Positions 28,631 to 41,231 are shown, numbered from the stretch's first letter. The stretch: DNA of 64,000 bases from a virus (IMGVR_UViG_3300014204_000137:34586-98585); one strand, 5' to 3'. The notes: generated from the letters alone by a model not told the origin. A program made the numbers and translations.

Positions 28631-29977
28631 TTGTAGAGAAGAAAGAGGAGAAGAGAAAATGAAAAATTACGATATAAGGTTCGAAGAGCAAAAGAAAGCG
28701 ATTGCGATCTACTTAAGTAGGTGTGCAGTGGGAGAAGTAGATAGTGCAGTCAAGCTAGGAACTTATAAAGTACTCTACGATGGAAAGGTTTATAAGTTCG
28801 GAAGAGACAATTCGATAGTGAGAACATTTCACGCTGATACGCTAGTTAAATAAAAGGAAACTCACATGAGTCAGATGACTAGAGAAGAGATGGTAGTAGC
28901 ACTACTAGTAAATGTCCTTCGCCAAAATTCTCATAGGAAGGATGCTTACAAGATAGTCTATGAAGAGAAGGAACGCCTTGAAAAGAAATCAACACTAGAA
29001 CTTCAGAATATGCTGTTGATCAACTGTTTCTAAGGAGATACATATGACGACCTTCAAAACAAAAGCTAGTAGGAGTTGTGAAGTCAACTTGGGAGAAGAG
29101 ACATTCCAAGGATGGATCAAAAAGGGGCAAATCTCAATCCACTTCGCAATCATGAGTGGAGGAAAAGAAATCGACTTGAGTGTTTGGTCTCCGATAGGAT
29201 CAAAAGTGAAGAAGAAGGTTTACAAGTATAGGTCGTTCCAAAACAGGGAGATATAAATGAAGAGAATGACTCTAGTAGAGTTCAAGAAGGAGTTGGAAGT
29301 AATAAAAGAGTACTCACAAAAGAAGATAGACGAGTTTACAGCTAGATTTAAAGAACATCAAGTCTACGCTATGACTTGGAGCGACAGTCTTTTCGAAGCG
29401 GTAACAAGAAAGAGTGCAGTAGAGGAAATTCAAGAAGCTCTTTCAAATGGAGCAACTTTAGACGACGTAGAAAAGCATCTAACCAAAGAAGTACTCCAAA
29501 GAGCACGATTTCCACAACGATCAACATCAGTGTCAAGCAATTTAGTAGAGCAGTATTTAAACTCTGCTAGAGCAGAACTGTTAGCAAGGTTACAAAGAGA
29601 TCTATAATGAACACTCCTTGGACATGGAAAGAAGAATTGACAGTAGAGAAAGAGTTACGTATGAGAGAAATCTCAAAACTAAGTTTTTACGTTACACTAC
29701 AAAGACTCTACAGACTATTAGGTGGGAATAGAACATCATCCGCCATTTGGAGTAAGATGTGTAGACTGAGAAAGAAGTTAGGTCTATAATGAACAAGTTC
29801 AAATTAAACCAAAAGGTGTACATCAAGATAGGTGGAAGAGTACACAAGGTAATAGTAAAAGAGATCGAGTATCAGTTCGGTAAGATAGCTTATTGGGTAA
29901 CAGTCTTTGGTGGAGATATATTTGAAGAGCATCTGTACAGTAGCTTTTGGAAGTGCTTACTCTTCTCGAAATAAATA

Positions 29978-30023
29978 TTTTATTTTGCTCTTGATTTTTG
30001 TATGAATGTAACATATAATTATA
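29978..30023 (+). promoter_or_regulatory. Sigma70-type early promoter, copy 2
   Basis: TTGATT(29991)-17 nt-TATAAT(30014); same flanks as copy 1. Confidence 0.85.
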
Positions 30024-30040
30024 GTAACAGGAGAAAGAAG

Positions 30041-30367
30041 ATGTCTGATACAAAAGATTTAGGTAGGTGTAGTGAGAGCGTAAGTGGAGAAGGACAATGG
30101 GGTAGTTTTCATCCTCATCAATGTAACAATAAGGGTAAAGTTGTTCGCGAAGGTAAAGTTTATTGTACGATCCACGATCCAGTACGAATAGAACTTAAAG
30201 CTCAACAGGCAAGTGAGAAGTGGAATAGGGAGATGACAATACGTCAAGAGAAGTTTGACAGAGAAAGGTTTTCTGTTAAGTATTGTGAGTACATGTCTGT
30301 GGACAAGTTAAGGGAACGAGTAGAAAAAGGATTTCACGCAGATGAACAAAACTCCAATAGTAATTGA
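30041..30367 (+). CDS. Zn-finger protein (C..HQC...C..H)
   Basis: RCS...HQC...YCTIH; first gene after promoter copy 2. Confidence 0.6.
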   Translation: MSDTKDLGRCSESVSGEGQWGSFHPHQCNNKGKVVREGKVYCTIHDPVRIELKAQQASEKWNREMTIRQEKFDRERFSVKYCEYMSVDKLRERVEKGFHADEQNSNSN

Positions 30368-31331
30368 ACGTACTTCAGATCCAAACGTCATATGGATCAA
30401 GATCGCTACGAAGTGGTTTATGGTAGCAATCAAAGGTGAGAACAAAATGTACGTCAACGGACAACTCTGCTATAATTAAAAGGAGACGTAACGTGAAGAT
30501 GCGTTGTATCATTGGTAGAGAAGTAGGAAAAGAGCAATGGGAGGAGAACTTAGAAGTGCATTCTCTAGCAACTGCAGAGAACGATATTCGAGAAATTGTA
30601 AAGTACTTTAATGATACTTTACGTCCTGGAGAGCACAAACGAAAATTTATTTCACTAGTAGGAAGAACTCCAGAAACTGATTTTGAAAAAGCAGTAGAAA
30701 CAATAAACGATTGGATTAGAGATTTTCGTTTAGAGGTTCAGAACCTTTATGGAAGTGTGTGGGCTAAAGGAGTATTCCAAAGAGTATTGACAGCGAAAGA
30801 TAAATACCTGGAGACAGGTAAAGATAAATCTCTTAAGGGATACGTTCGCAAAGCATTAAACTATATGGGCGACTATTCAGAAGAGCAGAAAATAAGGTTA
30901 AATGCTCTCTTAGAAATGGATTTAGAAAAAGCTTGGAAGGAAGAAGTAGCTAAAGGAGAATCAGAATGAAGACACTAAAAAGTATCTATTGGACAATGCA
31001 TCCAGTTTGGTTAATTGGAGGGATACTAGTACTAGCAGTTGGACACTCTTGGTACGGTTGGTTAATTCTTGCAGCAGCAGTACGACAGACGAAGGAGTAC
31101 TATGAGTAAGCAACTCGATCAGATATTGATGTTGTTCTTCACAACCTACGATGGAGCAATCGAAAAGGGTGGTCTTGAAGGACTAGGAGATGCTAAAAGA
31201 GCTTTAGATGAAGCAAGAGACAGCATCCAGAAGTTAGTAGTCCTTGAGAAGATGACTCGTAAGGAATGTAGCGATCACGGAAGAGTAAGTGGTTGGAATC
31301 GTTACAGATTGAAGCTACTAAGGAAGCTAAA

Positions 31332-31709
31332 ATGAAAAAGTTTATCAAGAGAATTCTTTATAAGTATGAACAAAAGAAACGTGACGCACTACAAAAGTTA
31401 GCAATAACTATAGGATACTTCTACGTGGTCAAACAGAATTCTGCATCCCAAGTAGCTTTTGAGGAAGCCAGAAAGAACATAGACGCGTTAGGAATCACCA
31501 AATTGAATATTAAAGGAAACGTCTTCACCATTACTCTAACTCGCCCAGGATTGTTAATAGGTCATAAGGGAAAGAACATTGATCAGTTACACGCATATCT
31601 CTCAAAGGAATACAGAAAGAAAGTAGTCATTCACATAAAAGAAGAACGGGCACTACAGTATCTGTATCCATACCACCCTAACGACTACGATTGTGGAGAT
31701 GAGTTTTAA
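31332..31709 (+). CDS. KH-domain protein resembling the ribosomal S3 KH domain
   Basis: ITLTRPGLLIGHKGKNIDQL....K....I.I.E. Confidence 0.75.
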   Translation: MKKFIKRILYKYEQKKRDALQKLAITIGYFYVVKQNSASQVAFEEARKNIDALGITKLNIKGNVFTITLTRPGLLIGHKGKNIDQLHAYLSKEYRKKVVIHIKEERALQYLYPYHPNDYDCGDEF

Positions 31710-32080
31710 TGAGTAGAAACTTTCCCTACACAGTAAAGGAACAATATATTAAACTAAACGACGACGGTTGTTGCAGTATGCAGTCTGACGCAAGTGGATA
31801 CCACTTCCAAAGATGTAGACATAAAGCTAAAGGAAAGATTGATGGAGTGGGATTCTGTGGAGTACATCTAAGAGCAATAAAGAGATGGAGAGGATATACT
31901 GAAAGTACAAACACAATATCATTCCCACCACAACCAGCAGCGAAGGATCTAAGGTTGGTAGAATTAGTAGAACGACATATAGGACACTTTAATGGTTTCG
32001 TAGATATCGAAGGACATAGAGACAGAGCTTATAAAGAAATAGAAGAGTACGTTCAAGAAAGGATAAAGGAGAGACAATGA
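31709..32080 (+). CDS. Zn-finger protein similar to ORF 30041
   Basis: C...HFQRC...FCGVH. Confidence 0.55.
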   Translation: MSRNFPYTVKEQYIKLNDDGCCSMQSDASGYHFQRCRHKAKGKIDGVGFCGVHLRAIKRWRGYTESTNTISFPPQPAAKDLRLVELVERHIGHFNGFVDIEGHRDRAYKEIEEYVQERIKERQ

Positions 32081-34343
32081 ACCAAGTACTTTACAGCAAA
32101 GTAATAGTTCCAGCAAGAGATGCATCTGACGGAGAAACTCCCACAAGGATTCAATGCACCCAAGAGGTAAGTGGGTTTGGAGTATTCATCACTGGAGCAG
32201 ACAAAAACGAAATACTTAAATGGTTTTGGGAATACGAGAAAGAGAAAGCTATAGAATTTGCAGTAGACTATGCTCGCGAGTGTCTACTGAAGCCACTAAA
32301 CGAGAGATAATGATATTAAGAGGATAACAAATGCCTTACATGGATAGTTGGGATCGCTTCGATAAGTGGAGGATGTACTACTACGTTCCTGACAGTACGT
32401 TTGGATACTATGAGACAAGCGCCCCCACACTCCTAGGAATCTTGAAGAAACTAATCCAAGCAAGAAAGATTTACAAGAAGATCAAAGCAGTAAGTATAAG
32501 AAGGAAACCAACGTGTAAGTGTTGTAAGTTACACCATACAGAGAGGTGGTAAGTGAAAGTAATAGGAAGAAGTAATTTCGATGACGAGACAGTATCAGAC
32601 ATCTTAATGCACGATAATCTCTCTGAAGCAAAAGCAACAGATCTAGCAATAAATTTGAATGGTAGAAATTTATACGCTAGATATAATTACATAGTAGTTC
32701 CAGACAATTACAAACTATACAGATTTCAACCATAGGAGAACATAAATGGGTAACAAAAGTAAGGGACCAGTTAAGCAAGTCACTATCAAGAACGCAGAAG
32801 GAAAAGAGAAAGTAATAGTGTTCCGTACTACAGGAGCATTTGGAACACCAAAGTACCTATCACCAAACTTACCGATAGGATACAAATGGCATCCACAAAG
32901 GAAGCAGAATGAAGAGAAAGTATCTTAAACTAGCAATAAGCGATATCGTTCGAGGAATAAGATTTCGATATCCTCTCTGCTGCGTAGCTAACTTTGCCTG
33001 GGATTCATACTTGCGTGGACGAGAAGAGCTACCTTACGGAAGAAAGACACTAAACGATTATGAAAAGAACTTCCACTACGTAAAGTGTTGGTGGTGTTCG
33101 AATAGAGAGCGAGTAAAAAATGGTAAACAAAGTTCTTAATCTAGGAACAAAAACAAAGTATGGAAAGATAGTAGCGATCATGTGGCTTGGTGAACGATAC
33201 TATATGTGCAGCAGGTATCGAGGAAAGTTGACAAGTCTGATACCTGGTTCCATATTAGAGAAAGAAGAGAACGCAATGAGCCATGAAGAGTTCTTAGGAA
33301 GGTGTCAACAGTTAGGAATGAGTCCATGACCAAAGAAGAAATCAAAAAGAAGTGTAGTTGGGATATAGGAAACGAACCAGTACCAGGAGATCCACGCAAC
33401 AAAGATTTCTTCGAAGCAGACGCAGAGAAGATAAAGAAACTTATAGAGGAGAACAGTAAATTAACTGGTGAACGATTCCAAATTAAACAAGGTTGGTCTG
33501 ATTCAGGAAGAGTAGGAAGGATAGTTTCAGAACCCGTTACACATGATGGAATAGAATGGATAGGCGTCATCTTTGATGATGACGACACTGAAGAAGGATT
33601 AGCGTGGTACAAAACATCATCCATTAAGTTACTAAATTGGGAGAGAATGCATGGAAGTTAAATTTAGCTTTGGAGATAAGATAACTCAAGTGTTAATAAA
33701 AAATACTACCAAAACTCAAAAGATAGATTATGCAAGAACAAAAGCAGACATCAAACAACTAATTATAAAAGAGTTACAAGAGTTGAAGGAATCTCGCTGT
33801 GCAGTATTGGGAGCATACGTTGATGCAATTAATGACATGATAGACAGAGTATGTAAATGATACTAGTACCAACAGAAGTAAAAGATTATCACACTATGGA
33901 AGTATACGGTTGGTTGCGTATACCTGATTACATTATATCTGGAACGCTTAGGTTCGTCCTTAAAGAAACTATGCATCCAGTAAAGGTATCGAAGAATTGT
34001 AGTGCACACAAAGTAGACCTTCCTACAATCAGATTAGAATTACTAGAGTGGTTAGATCCAAAAACTCATCAACGCGGAAAAGCATTAACTCATAAAGAAC
34101 TCACGCTAGATATATGTAAAAGGATAGCAGGGTTCGAAGAGAAGCTATGACCAAGCAAGAGAAAGAAAAGATTAAGCATGCAATCAGATTACTCACAACT
34201 GATCTAGATTGCTATGATGGTGGGTTAGAGATACTCTGGCAGTTAGCATACGACTGTCACTCTCCATTATATATTTTGTTGAAGGACGTTAAGGCAGTAA
34301 CTCTAGACAAGTTACCAAAAGTAAATAGTGAGTTCACACATCC

Positions 34344-34883
34344 ATGAAATCGTGGACAGAGTTCTATCAGAAGAGAGTAAGAAATAAAGCATACGAACAG
34401 TACGTATCAAATAGATACCAACCCTTCCTTAACTTACTGAAGCAAGAAAAAGGAACGATAGTAGAAGCAGGATGTGGAACAGGAATCATTACCAAGTTAA
34501 TATTTAGCCAAGAGAACTTACATGAGATGTACGATCAGAGTATAGGAATGCTCAAGATCAGTAAGGAAATGCTTCCACAAGTGAAACAGCAAAAGTTTGA
34601 TATTCGAAATGGTTACAATAAGTTAGTTGATTGCATATTCAGTCATGGTGTACTGGAACACTTTAATCCAGAAGAGATAAAGAAGATAGTTCACAACCAA
34701 CTCAAAGTAGCAAAGAAAGTATTTCATTACGTACCTACATCTAAGTACAACTATAAGAGCTTCGGTGACGAACTACTTATGTCAACAAAGGAATGGAAAG
34801 AGTTAGTCAAACCCACAAGAACGCTAGAGTTTAATAACGGATATGATTTAGTTATGGAATGGAGTCAAAATGGAACAACATGA
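34344..34883 (+). CDS. Class I SAM-dependent methyltransferase
   Basis: VEAGCGTG, SHGVLEHF. Confidence 0.85.
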   Translation: MKSWTEFYQKRVRNKAYEQYVSNRYQPFLNLLKQEKGTIVEAGCGTGIITKLIFSQENLHEMYDQSIGMLKISKEMLPQVKQQKFDIRNGYNKLVDCIFSHGVLEHFNPEEIKKIVHNQLKVAKKVFHYVPTSKYNYKSFGDELLMSTKEWKELVKPTRTLEFNNGYDLVMEWSQNGTT

Positions 34884-36207
34884 AGTAATTATACGAGACC
34901 ATGGAAAGTATTATGTAGGTACAGTAAGTGACTACATCAACATAGCCAGAATTGATGGACTTGGTCCTATAGGTTTAGGTCTCAGAGAAGCAACATTAGA
35001 AGATTTATCTCAGTACAAAGAGAAGATCAATAAGGAGAGATAATATACCATGGCAAAGAAAAAGCAAATAATTGAATTAGCTCAACAAGTCATAGATGCT
35101 AAGTTAGAGGTAATGGCTTTGAAGTGGTGTGCTTGGACAATAGTAGAGCGTCTAGAGAAACTACTTCGAGATACTGATTGTGCTAAAGAAGACAGAGTCA
35201 TAAAAGATTGGAGAAGGCAAATAAAAGGAATGATTGGATACCTAACAATCGAAACATCTACGAAGGTGATCAAATGATATGTAACGTAGTAACTGGTAAC
35301 GTAGTGAAATACATATGCAAACACATCTACAGCTACAAGTATATTTGGGGAGAGGTTAGTTACAGAATCAAAGATCATCGCGATGATAATCAATTACCTG
35401 ACAGTTGGAAGTATTGTCCAATCTGCAAAACAAAGATTCCAAAGTTAAAAGGGAGATAAAATGATAAAGAAAATTACTGTAGTATTATTACTTCCAGCAA
35501 TAGTAATAGGCTCATTACTATTCGGAATCATATCTGGTATTTTGTTAGCACTACAATCAGTGTACTACATAGTAAAAATAGTTTTGGAGAATGAATGAGT
35601 CAACTCAAAGAAGAATTTGAAAAGTCTGTTAGAGAAAAATTTGGAACAGCCATAACTGGGGATCCTGCAAACATACGTCAATGTTTATTTGGTGCGAACT
35701 GGATACTAGAAGAAATAGGAAAGAGATTGACCGTAGGTGGCAGATACGCTACTAAGCAAGACATGGATAAGATCAAAGAGGAGTTGCAAGGAGAATAAAT
35801 GAAGACGATACCTATATGTATAAATCATAAGTGGATTGGAACTATAGGATCTCTCAGAATAGATAAACTTATTGAGAAGGGTTTGATAAATGGTTCACTA
35901 GTTCTTGAACCAGGTTACATTAAGTATAAAAATGGTAAAGTAAAATTACTAGAAATATCAGTTTGTACAAATATAGGAAAGAAGAAATGAAGCAATGTAA
36001 CATCTGTAAAGAGTTTTACAATCCAACAATCCTATCAGAAGTATTTGATCACGAACACAAAGAAGTAAGTACTGAGAAAGAATACTTTGGAAAGGAAATA
36101 AAATATGAAACCTGTACACGTTGTGGAGGATTAGGTAGAACACCCAACCATCCGCATATAATTGCTCATATTTGTGAAAGATGTAAAGGAGTAGGAAAGG
36201 TAAAAGA

Positions 36208-36921
36208 ATGCAATTCAAAAACCTAGAACATAATCCAATCTTAGTAGTCAGAACAGAATCACACTGCCATGGTACATCATTACCAACCTCTGACATAGAT
36301 ACTAGAGGAGTAGCAATTCCCACACAAGATTACTTCTACGGACTAAAGAACTTTGAGCAGTATGAGGATAAAGAGAACGACGTAGTAATATATGGATTCA
36401 AAAAGTTCATATCACTAGCAGCAAAAGGAAATCTTTCCGCACTCAACTTTCTGTTTACACATAAACGAGATGTACTGTATACAGACTACTGGGGAGACAA
36501 GTTACTAGGGTTCAAAGAAAACTTCCTAAGCATGCAGATCCTTAATTGCATATTCGGATACATCAAATCACAGATACATAGGATGGATAGAGGATCAGGA
36601 AGATGTGGAAACCGTCAAGACCTAGTAGATAAACACGGATACGATACCAAGTTTGCATATCATGCAGTCATGCTAGGGTTCATTGGTATAGAGTTGGTAA
36701 AGACGGGGACTTACCATGCTTTAAGACCAGATGGAGAACAAAAACTGATAAAAGCAATCAGATTAGGTCAAACACCTTATGAAGAAGCAATGAGGATGAT
36801 ACAGGAAAGTCTAACTGTAATCAAAACACTAGAACCAATCGCACCTCTACCAAAGCATGTAGATGGAAACAAGATATCTGAATGGTGCGTGGAGTTCTTA
36901 AAGGAGTATTTTAATCAATGA
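36208..36921 (+). CDS. Pol-beta-superfamily nucleotidyltransferase (YcgL/RlaP-like)
   Basis: S..HG...PTSDIDTRGV, KF..LA.KGN, GYDTK.AYH. Confidence 0.85.
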   Translation: MQFKNLEHNPILVVRTESHCHGTSLPTSDIDTRGVAIPTQDYFYGLKNFEQYEDKENDVVIYGFKKFISLAAKGNLSALNFLFTHKRDVLYTDYWGDKLLGFKENFLSMQILNCIFGYIKSQIHRMDRGSGRCGNRQDLVDKHGYDTKFAYHAVMLGFIGIELVKTGTYHALRPDGEQKLIKAIRLGQTPYEEAMRMIQESLTVIKTLEPIAPLPKHVDGNKISEWCVEFLKEYFNQ

Positions 36922-37268
36922 GAGTACTAGTTTGTGGTGGAAGAGATTATAATAACGAGAAGAAAGTATTTGAAATACTTAGCAAAATAAATAAAGATAC
37001 TCCTATAGATTGCATTATTACAGGAGGATCTACAGGTGCTGATATGTCAGGAACCTTTTGGGGAAGAAAATTTTGTAATCACGTAGAGGTCTATTATGCA
37101 GAGTGGGATAAATATGGAAGAGCTGCTGGCCCTATTAGAAATCAAAAAATGTTGGAAGAATCAAAACCCGATATGGTAGTTGCATTTCCAGGAGGAAGAG
37201 GAACTGCAGATATGATTTATAGAGCAGGATTAGCTAAAGTAAAGATTATGATAGTAGGAGAAGAGTAA
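36918..37268 (+). CDS. DUF2493 / YspA-like SLOG protein
   Basis: RVLVCGGRDY, GG..GAD, A.W..YG.AAGPIRN.KML, AFPGG.GT..M. Confidence 0.9.
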   Translation: MRVLVCGGRDYNNEKKVFEILSKINKDTPIDCIITGGSTGADMSGTFWGRKFCNHVEVYYAEWDKYGRAAGPIRNQKMLEESKPDMVVAFPGGRGTADMIYRAGLAKVKIMIVGEE

Positions 37269-37590
37269 ATGAGAATTTCAATTAAATCAAAACCAAATAG
37301 TATTGAGTGGGATATTAAAGTAAGTTTGTACGCTAACATAGTAACAGTAATTGTACGTTTCGATAATGGATCTAAGATAGAGAAAGTTTTTTACAATCAG
37401 AACAAACAAGCTAAAAGATTTATAGATCGAGTTAAGAGAGAAGCAAAATGAAGAAGAAAAGAATCAGCCTAGATGAGTACAGTAAGTTAATGGATAGTAT
37501 TATAGCAGAGAAACTATCTGTACCAGATACCTTAATTAAAATGCTTGAAGTAGCATCTCGTTGCGAGATAATAGGAATGAAGGAAGTAAA

Positions 37591-38712
37591 ATGAAAAGAT
37601 TCATATTCCACGTACTAGGACTATCTCACGCACAAACAAAGCGAGAGTATAGTTGTGATGCATTTACTCAGAAGGTTAGACTGATCTGCAAGATGTTAAC
37701 CGAAAGGGGACATCACGTTATTCATTACGGAACAGAAGGTTCAGATCCAATCTGTTCAGAGAATGTAGATGTATTGAGTTTCGACACGTTTGCAAAAGTA
37801 CATAGAGCATACGATTGGAAGAAGGATGGATTCCTTATAAGTAACGAAAACGCCGCAACAGTAGAGTTTAACAAGAATGCAATTTTGAGAATCAATGAAA
37901 GAAAAGGACCTACAGATTTCTTACTATGTAGTTTTGGAGTACAACATGAACCAGTAGCAAATGCAGTTAAGCCAATCATCGTAACAGAGTTAGGAATAGG
38001 ATACGAATTATCATTCGCCCCCCATCGCATCTTCGAGAGTTACAACTACATGCACTACATATATGGGAAGGAAGGAAAGAAGTTGTGTCCTCACTTCTAT
38101 GATGCAGTAATACCAAACTACTACGATTTGAATGACTACATCTACTCAGAAGAGAAAGATGATTACTTCTTCTTTATAGCAAGAGACACTCCTCTCAAAG
38201 GATTAGAGATTGCAATCAAGGCAACAGAAGCAGTAGGTGGTAAACTAATTGTAGCTGGTCAAGGAACGCCCCCGTTCACTAGTCCATGTATGGAGTTCGT
38301 AGGAGTAGTAAGTATTGAGGAAAGAGCAAAGTGGATGAGTAAAGCAAAAGCAACATTCGTTCCTTCATATTATATTGAACCATTTGGTGGAACAGTAATT
38401 GAATCATTGCTTGCGGGTACACCAGTCATCTCTACAGACTTTGGAGCGTTTCCAGAAACAGTCATTCATGGGAAGACTGGATACAGATGTAGATCTCTAG
38501 AACAATTTATTTGGGCTGCAAAGAATATAGGAAACATCAAACCAATTGATTGTAGGAATTGGTCAGTAAATAATTATTCATTAGAACGAGTAGCAAAGAT
38601 GTATGAAGAGTACTTTGACATGGTGCAAAGAATTTATGTTAATAAGCAAGAAGGTTGGTATCAGCATAATGATGAAAGAACTGAACTGGACTGGCTCAAA
38701 AAATATTTTTAA
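37591..38712 (+). CDS. GT4-family glycosyltransferase
   Basis: VIPN, R...KG...A, EPFG....E....GTPVISTD.GAF.E. Confidence 0.9.
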   Translation: MKRFIFHVLGLSHAQTKREYSCDAFTQKVRLICKMLTERGHHVIHYGTEGSDPICSENVDVLSFDTFAKVHRAYDWKKDGFLISNENAATVEFNKNAILRINERKGPTDFLLCSFGVQHEPVANAVKPIIVTELGIGYELSFAPHRIFESYNYMHYIYGKEGKKLCPHFYDAVIPNYYDLNDYIYSEEKDDYFFFIARDTPLKGLEIAIKATEAVGGKLIVAGQGTPPFTSPCMEFVGVVSIEERAKWMSKAKATFVPSYYIEPFGGTVIESLLAGTPVISTDFGAFPETVIHGKTGYRCRSLEQFIWAAKNIGNIKPIDCRNWSVNNYSLERVAKMYEEYFDMVQRIYVNKQEGWYQHNDERTELDWLKKYF

Positions 38713-38753
38713 TTTAGCTCTTGATTTTTTCTCGAATGTAACATATAATTATA
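38708..38753 (+). promoter_or_regulatory. Sigma70-type early promoter, copy 3
   Basis: TTGATT(38721)-17 nt-TATAAT(38744); same flanks. Confidence 0.85.
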
Positions 38754-39326
38754 ATGAGAGAAGAAACAGGAGGAACAAATGAAAACCTATTTAGAACTGA
38801 ACGCAGAAGGATTATCACCAGCAGAGCAAGAAAGACTAAAGAATACTTATAAGGAGTGTAGAGACTGCGGAGAAGAGAAACCAGAGTTAGAATTCTATCC
38901 GTGGAACAAAGAAGATCGAGGAGGACAAAGAAGTCCTCGCTGTATAGTTTGCGATCACGTTCGCAGTGCTCTAATTGGAAGCAAGAAGAAAAAGTCGAAG
39001 ACTGTTAAGAGTGTTCTCGAGAGGTATAAAGTTGGTACCACCTTCATTATGAGGGATAATACAGTAGTAAACATTATCAGTTTCGACTACATTGGAGCAG
39101 ATATGTGGGCAACTTTAAAGTACACGGATGGACATCAAATCCTTAAGAAGGTACACGAGTTGGAGACAATGTAATGGAGAAGTACAAGATAGGTGATAAA
39201 GTTCAACTACTTGCAGGAGAGACGACAATTGTTTCAGTTCTAGATAGAGGATCAGAAGTGTGGTTAACATTACAGTTCCCTAATGGTGCGATTACATTAC
39301 AGGTAGTAAAAAAATAAGGAGCTCAA

Positions 39327-39503
39327 ATGGCAGCTAAAGATACGAGAGGTCTTAAAAGGTTGAGAGCAGGGAAAGGAAGAGTACCTTCGTACGAATGCGA
39401 CAACTGTAAATGCAAACGATACTCTCCCTGTACGTGTACACGAAAAGGTGGAAAGCAAGTACAGGTAGAAACTCCAGTAGAAGAGACTAAGGAGACAACA
39501 TGA
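39327..39503 (+). CDS. Small basic Cys-rich protein (58 aa)
   Basis: AAGGAG RBS; MAAKDTRGLKRLRAGKGRVPSYECDNCKCKRYSPCTC... Confidence 0.65.
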   Translation: MAAKDTRGLKRLRAGKGRVPSYECDNCKCKRYSPCTCTRKGGKQVQVETPVEETKETT

Positions 39504-41231
39504 AGGTAACTTGGTCAGATTCAGATCGCTTTACAATAGAACCAGAGTTCGGTGAAGACGTTCGAGAGATTGCTGCGCAGGTAATCGTAGCAAGTTATAA
39601 TGGAGGTAGTCCAGTAGGATTAGGATTCACAAGAGCATTTCAAACCACTCTAACAAAAGAAATGGCGTATAAGATGTTAGATGGAGAAGATGTCTCTCAT
39701 GACTATCCAGGAGACAGTCCTAACAAGAAGAACGAAGTATACATGGACTACGTATTCGGTCGTTGTTGCAAGACGCTAGTTAAGATTGAGGAAGGAAGAG
39801 TCGTAGGAAGAATCTCTTCCAGAGATCAAAATCCAAAAGCAATCATCAAAGCAGTAAAAGCAGGTTTGTATAAGTAAGAAGAAGGAGGCTCCAATGTTCA
39901 AGGTTGGAGATCTAGTAAAACTTCGTAAAGGTTATGAGAGTCAAATGCTAGCAAGACCAGGCGCACTAGCAAAGGTAACTGAAGTGAACATAGGATATTC
40001 AGCTACAGGATTTCCAGGTAGCATGTGGATAGAGTGTATCCGAATAGAGTGGCTGAGAGATAATTTAGACATGAATCAGAGCAACGGAATGTATAGTCCA
40101 AGCCACTTTAGCAAGGTAAGAGAAGAAGCAAGAGGACAAAAGAAAAAGAAATGAAAATGTACCAACTCATAAAAGATATAGAGCATCCATTTGGAAACTT
40201 CAAAGCAGGAACAACCAAAACAGTTACAGGTTGGATGGACGCATTTGGAGTGGATTGGTTAGCATGTTTTGAAAGAGATATAGAAAGCAATCCAATTTGG
40301 TTTAAGGCGATAGATGTTTAAAGAACTTTTATATCCATGTAATAATTTAGTCAAACCACACACTAATGATCTCAAGGAATTTTTTTATAGACATGATCCA
40401 TGTACGAAGGCAAATACAATTTGCGATTCTTGCAAGACAAGAGAAAAGATTAAATCATTAACTCTCACTATCAAGTCAGTAATATGGAACAGTGGATTAT
40501 GTTCTGCTAGTGAAGGAGATAAGTTAGCAGAAGATATTGCAGAAGAACTTATGAGGAACACATGATTACTTATTACGTAGTTAGACAAAACGCTCGTATA
40601 TGTGGCAAGTATTGTTATTATGTAGGAGATTGTTTAGGACATTATAAGTGGACTAAGAACCTTAAAAACGCATATAGATTCTCTGAGTTAGGATTAGCAT
40701 TTGAGTATAAAGAACATTTAAAATTTAACAATCCAAAGGTAGTAGCAATTCAAGTCAGAGGAGATGGAAAGATCAATCCACGCCACATTCCCCAAGTGAT
40801 GAAGAAGCGAATGTGTAAGATGTGTGGAGTAGAAGTAGTAGAAAAACAATTCGATATTTGTGATGACTGTGCAAGTCCTGATGATGGATACTTACCAGGT
40901 TACAAGGGAGAGGTACTCTAATGGTCTGTAAAAAGTGTAGAAAACTAGTTCGAAACGATTGTGTACTTACAACTGGAGTATGCGTCTTCTGTCACTACCA
41001 TATTCGTACTTGGGATAGTAATGGACAGTTAGTAACCAAAAAAGAAGCATGTGAACCTCTTCGCAAAGACAGATTCATAGTAGGATTTGGAACAAGCGAA
41101 GGTACAGTTCTTTTAGGTACCCAAGATAGATATGGCGAAATACCTTTAACATTAAGGAAGGCAAAACAAGTACAAAAAAATTATCCAGGAATGGTAATCT
41201 ACGAACTTCAACTCTATAAGGTAGGTTAAGA

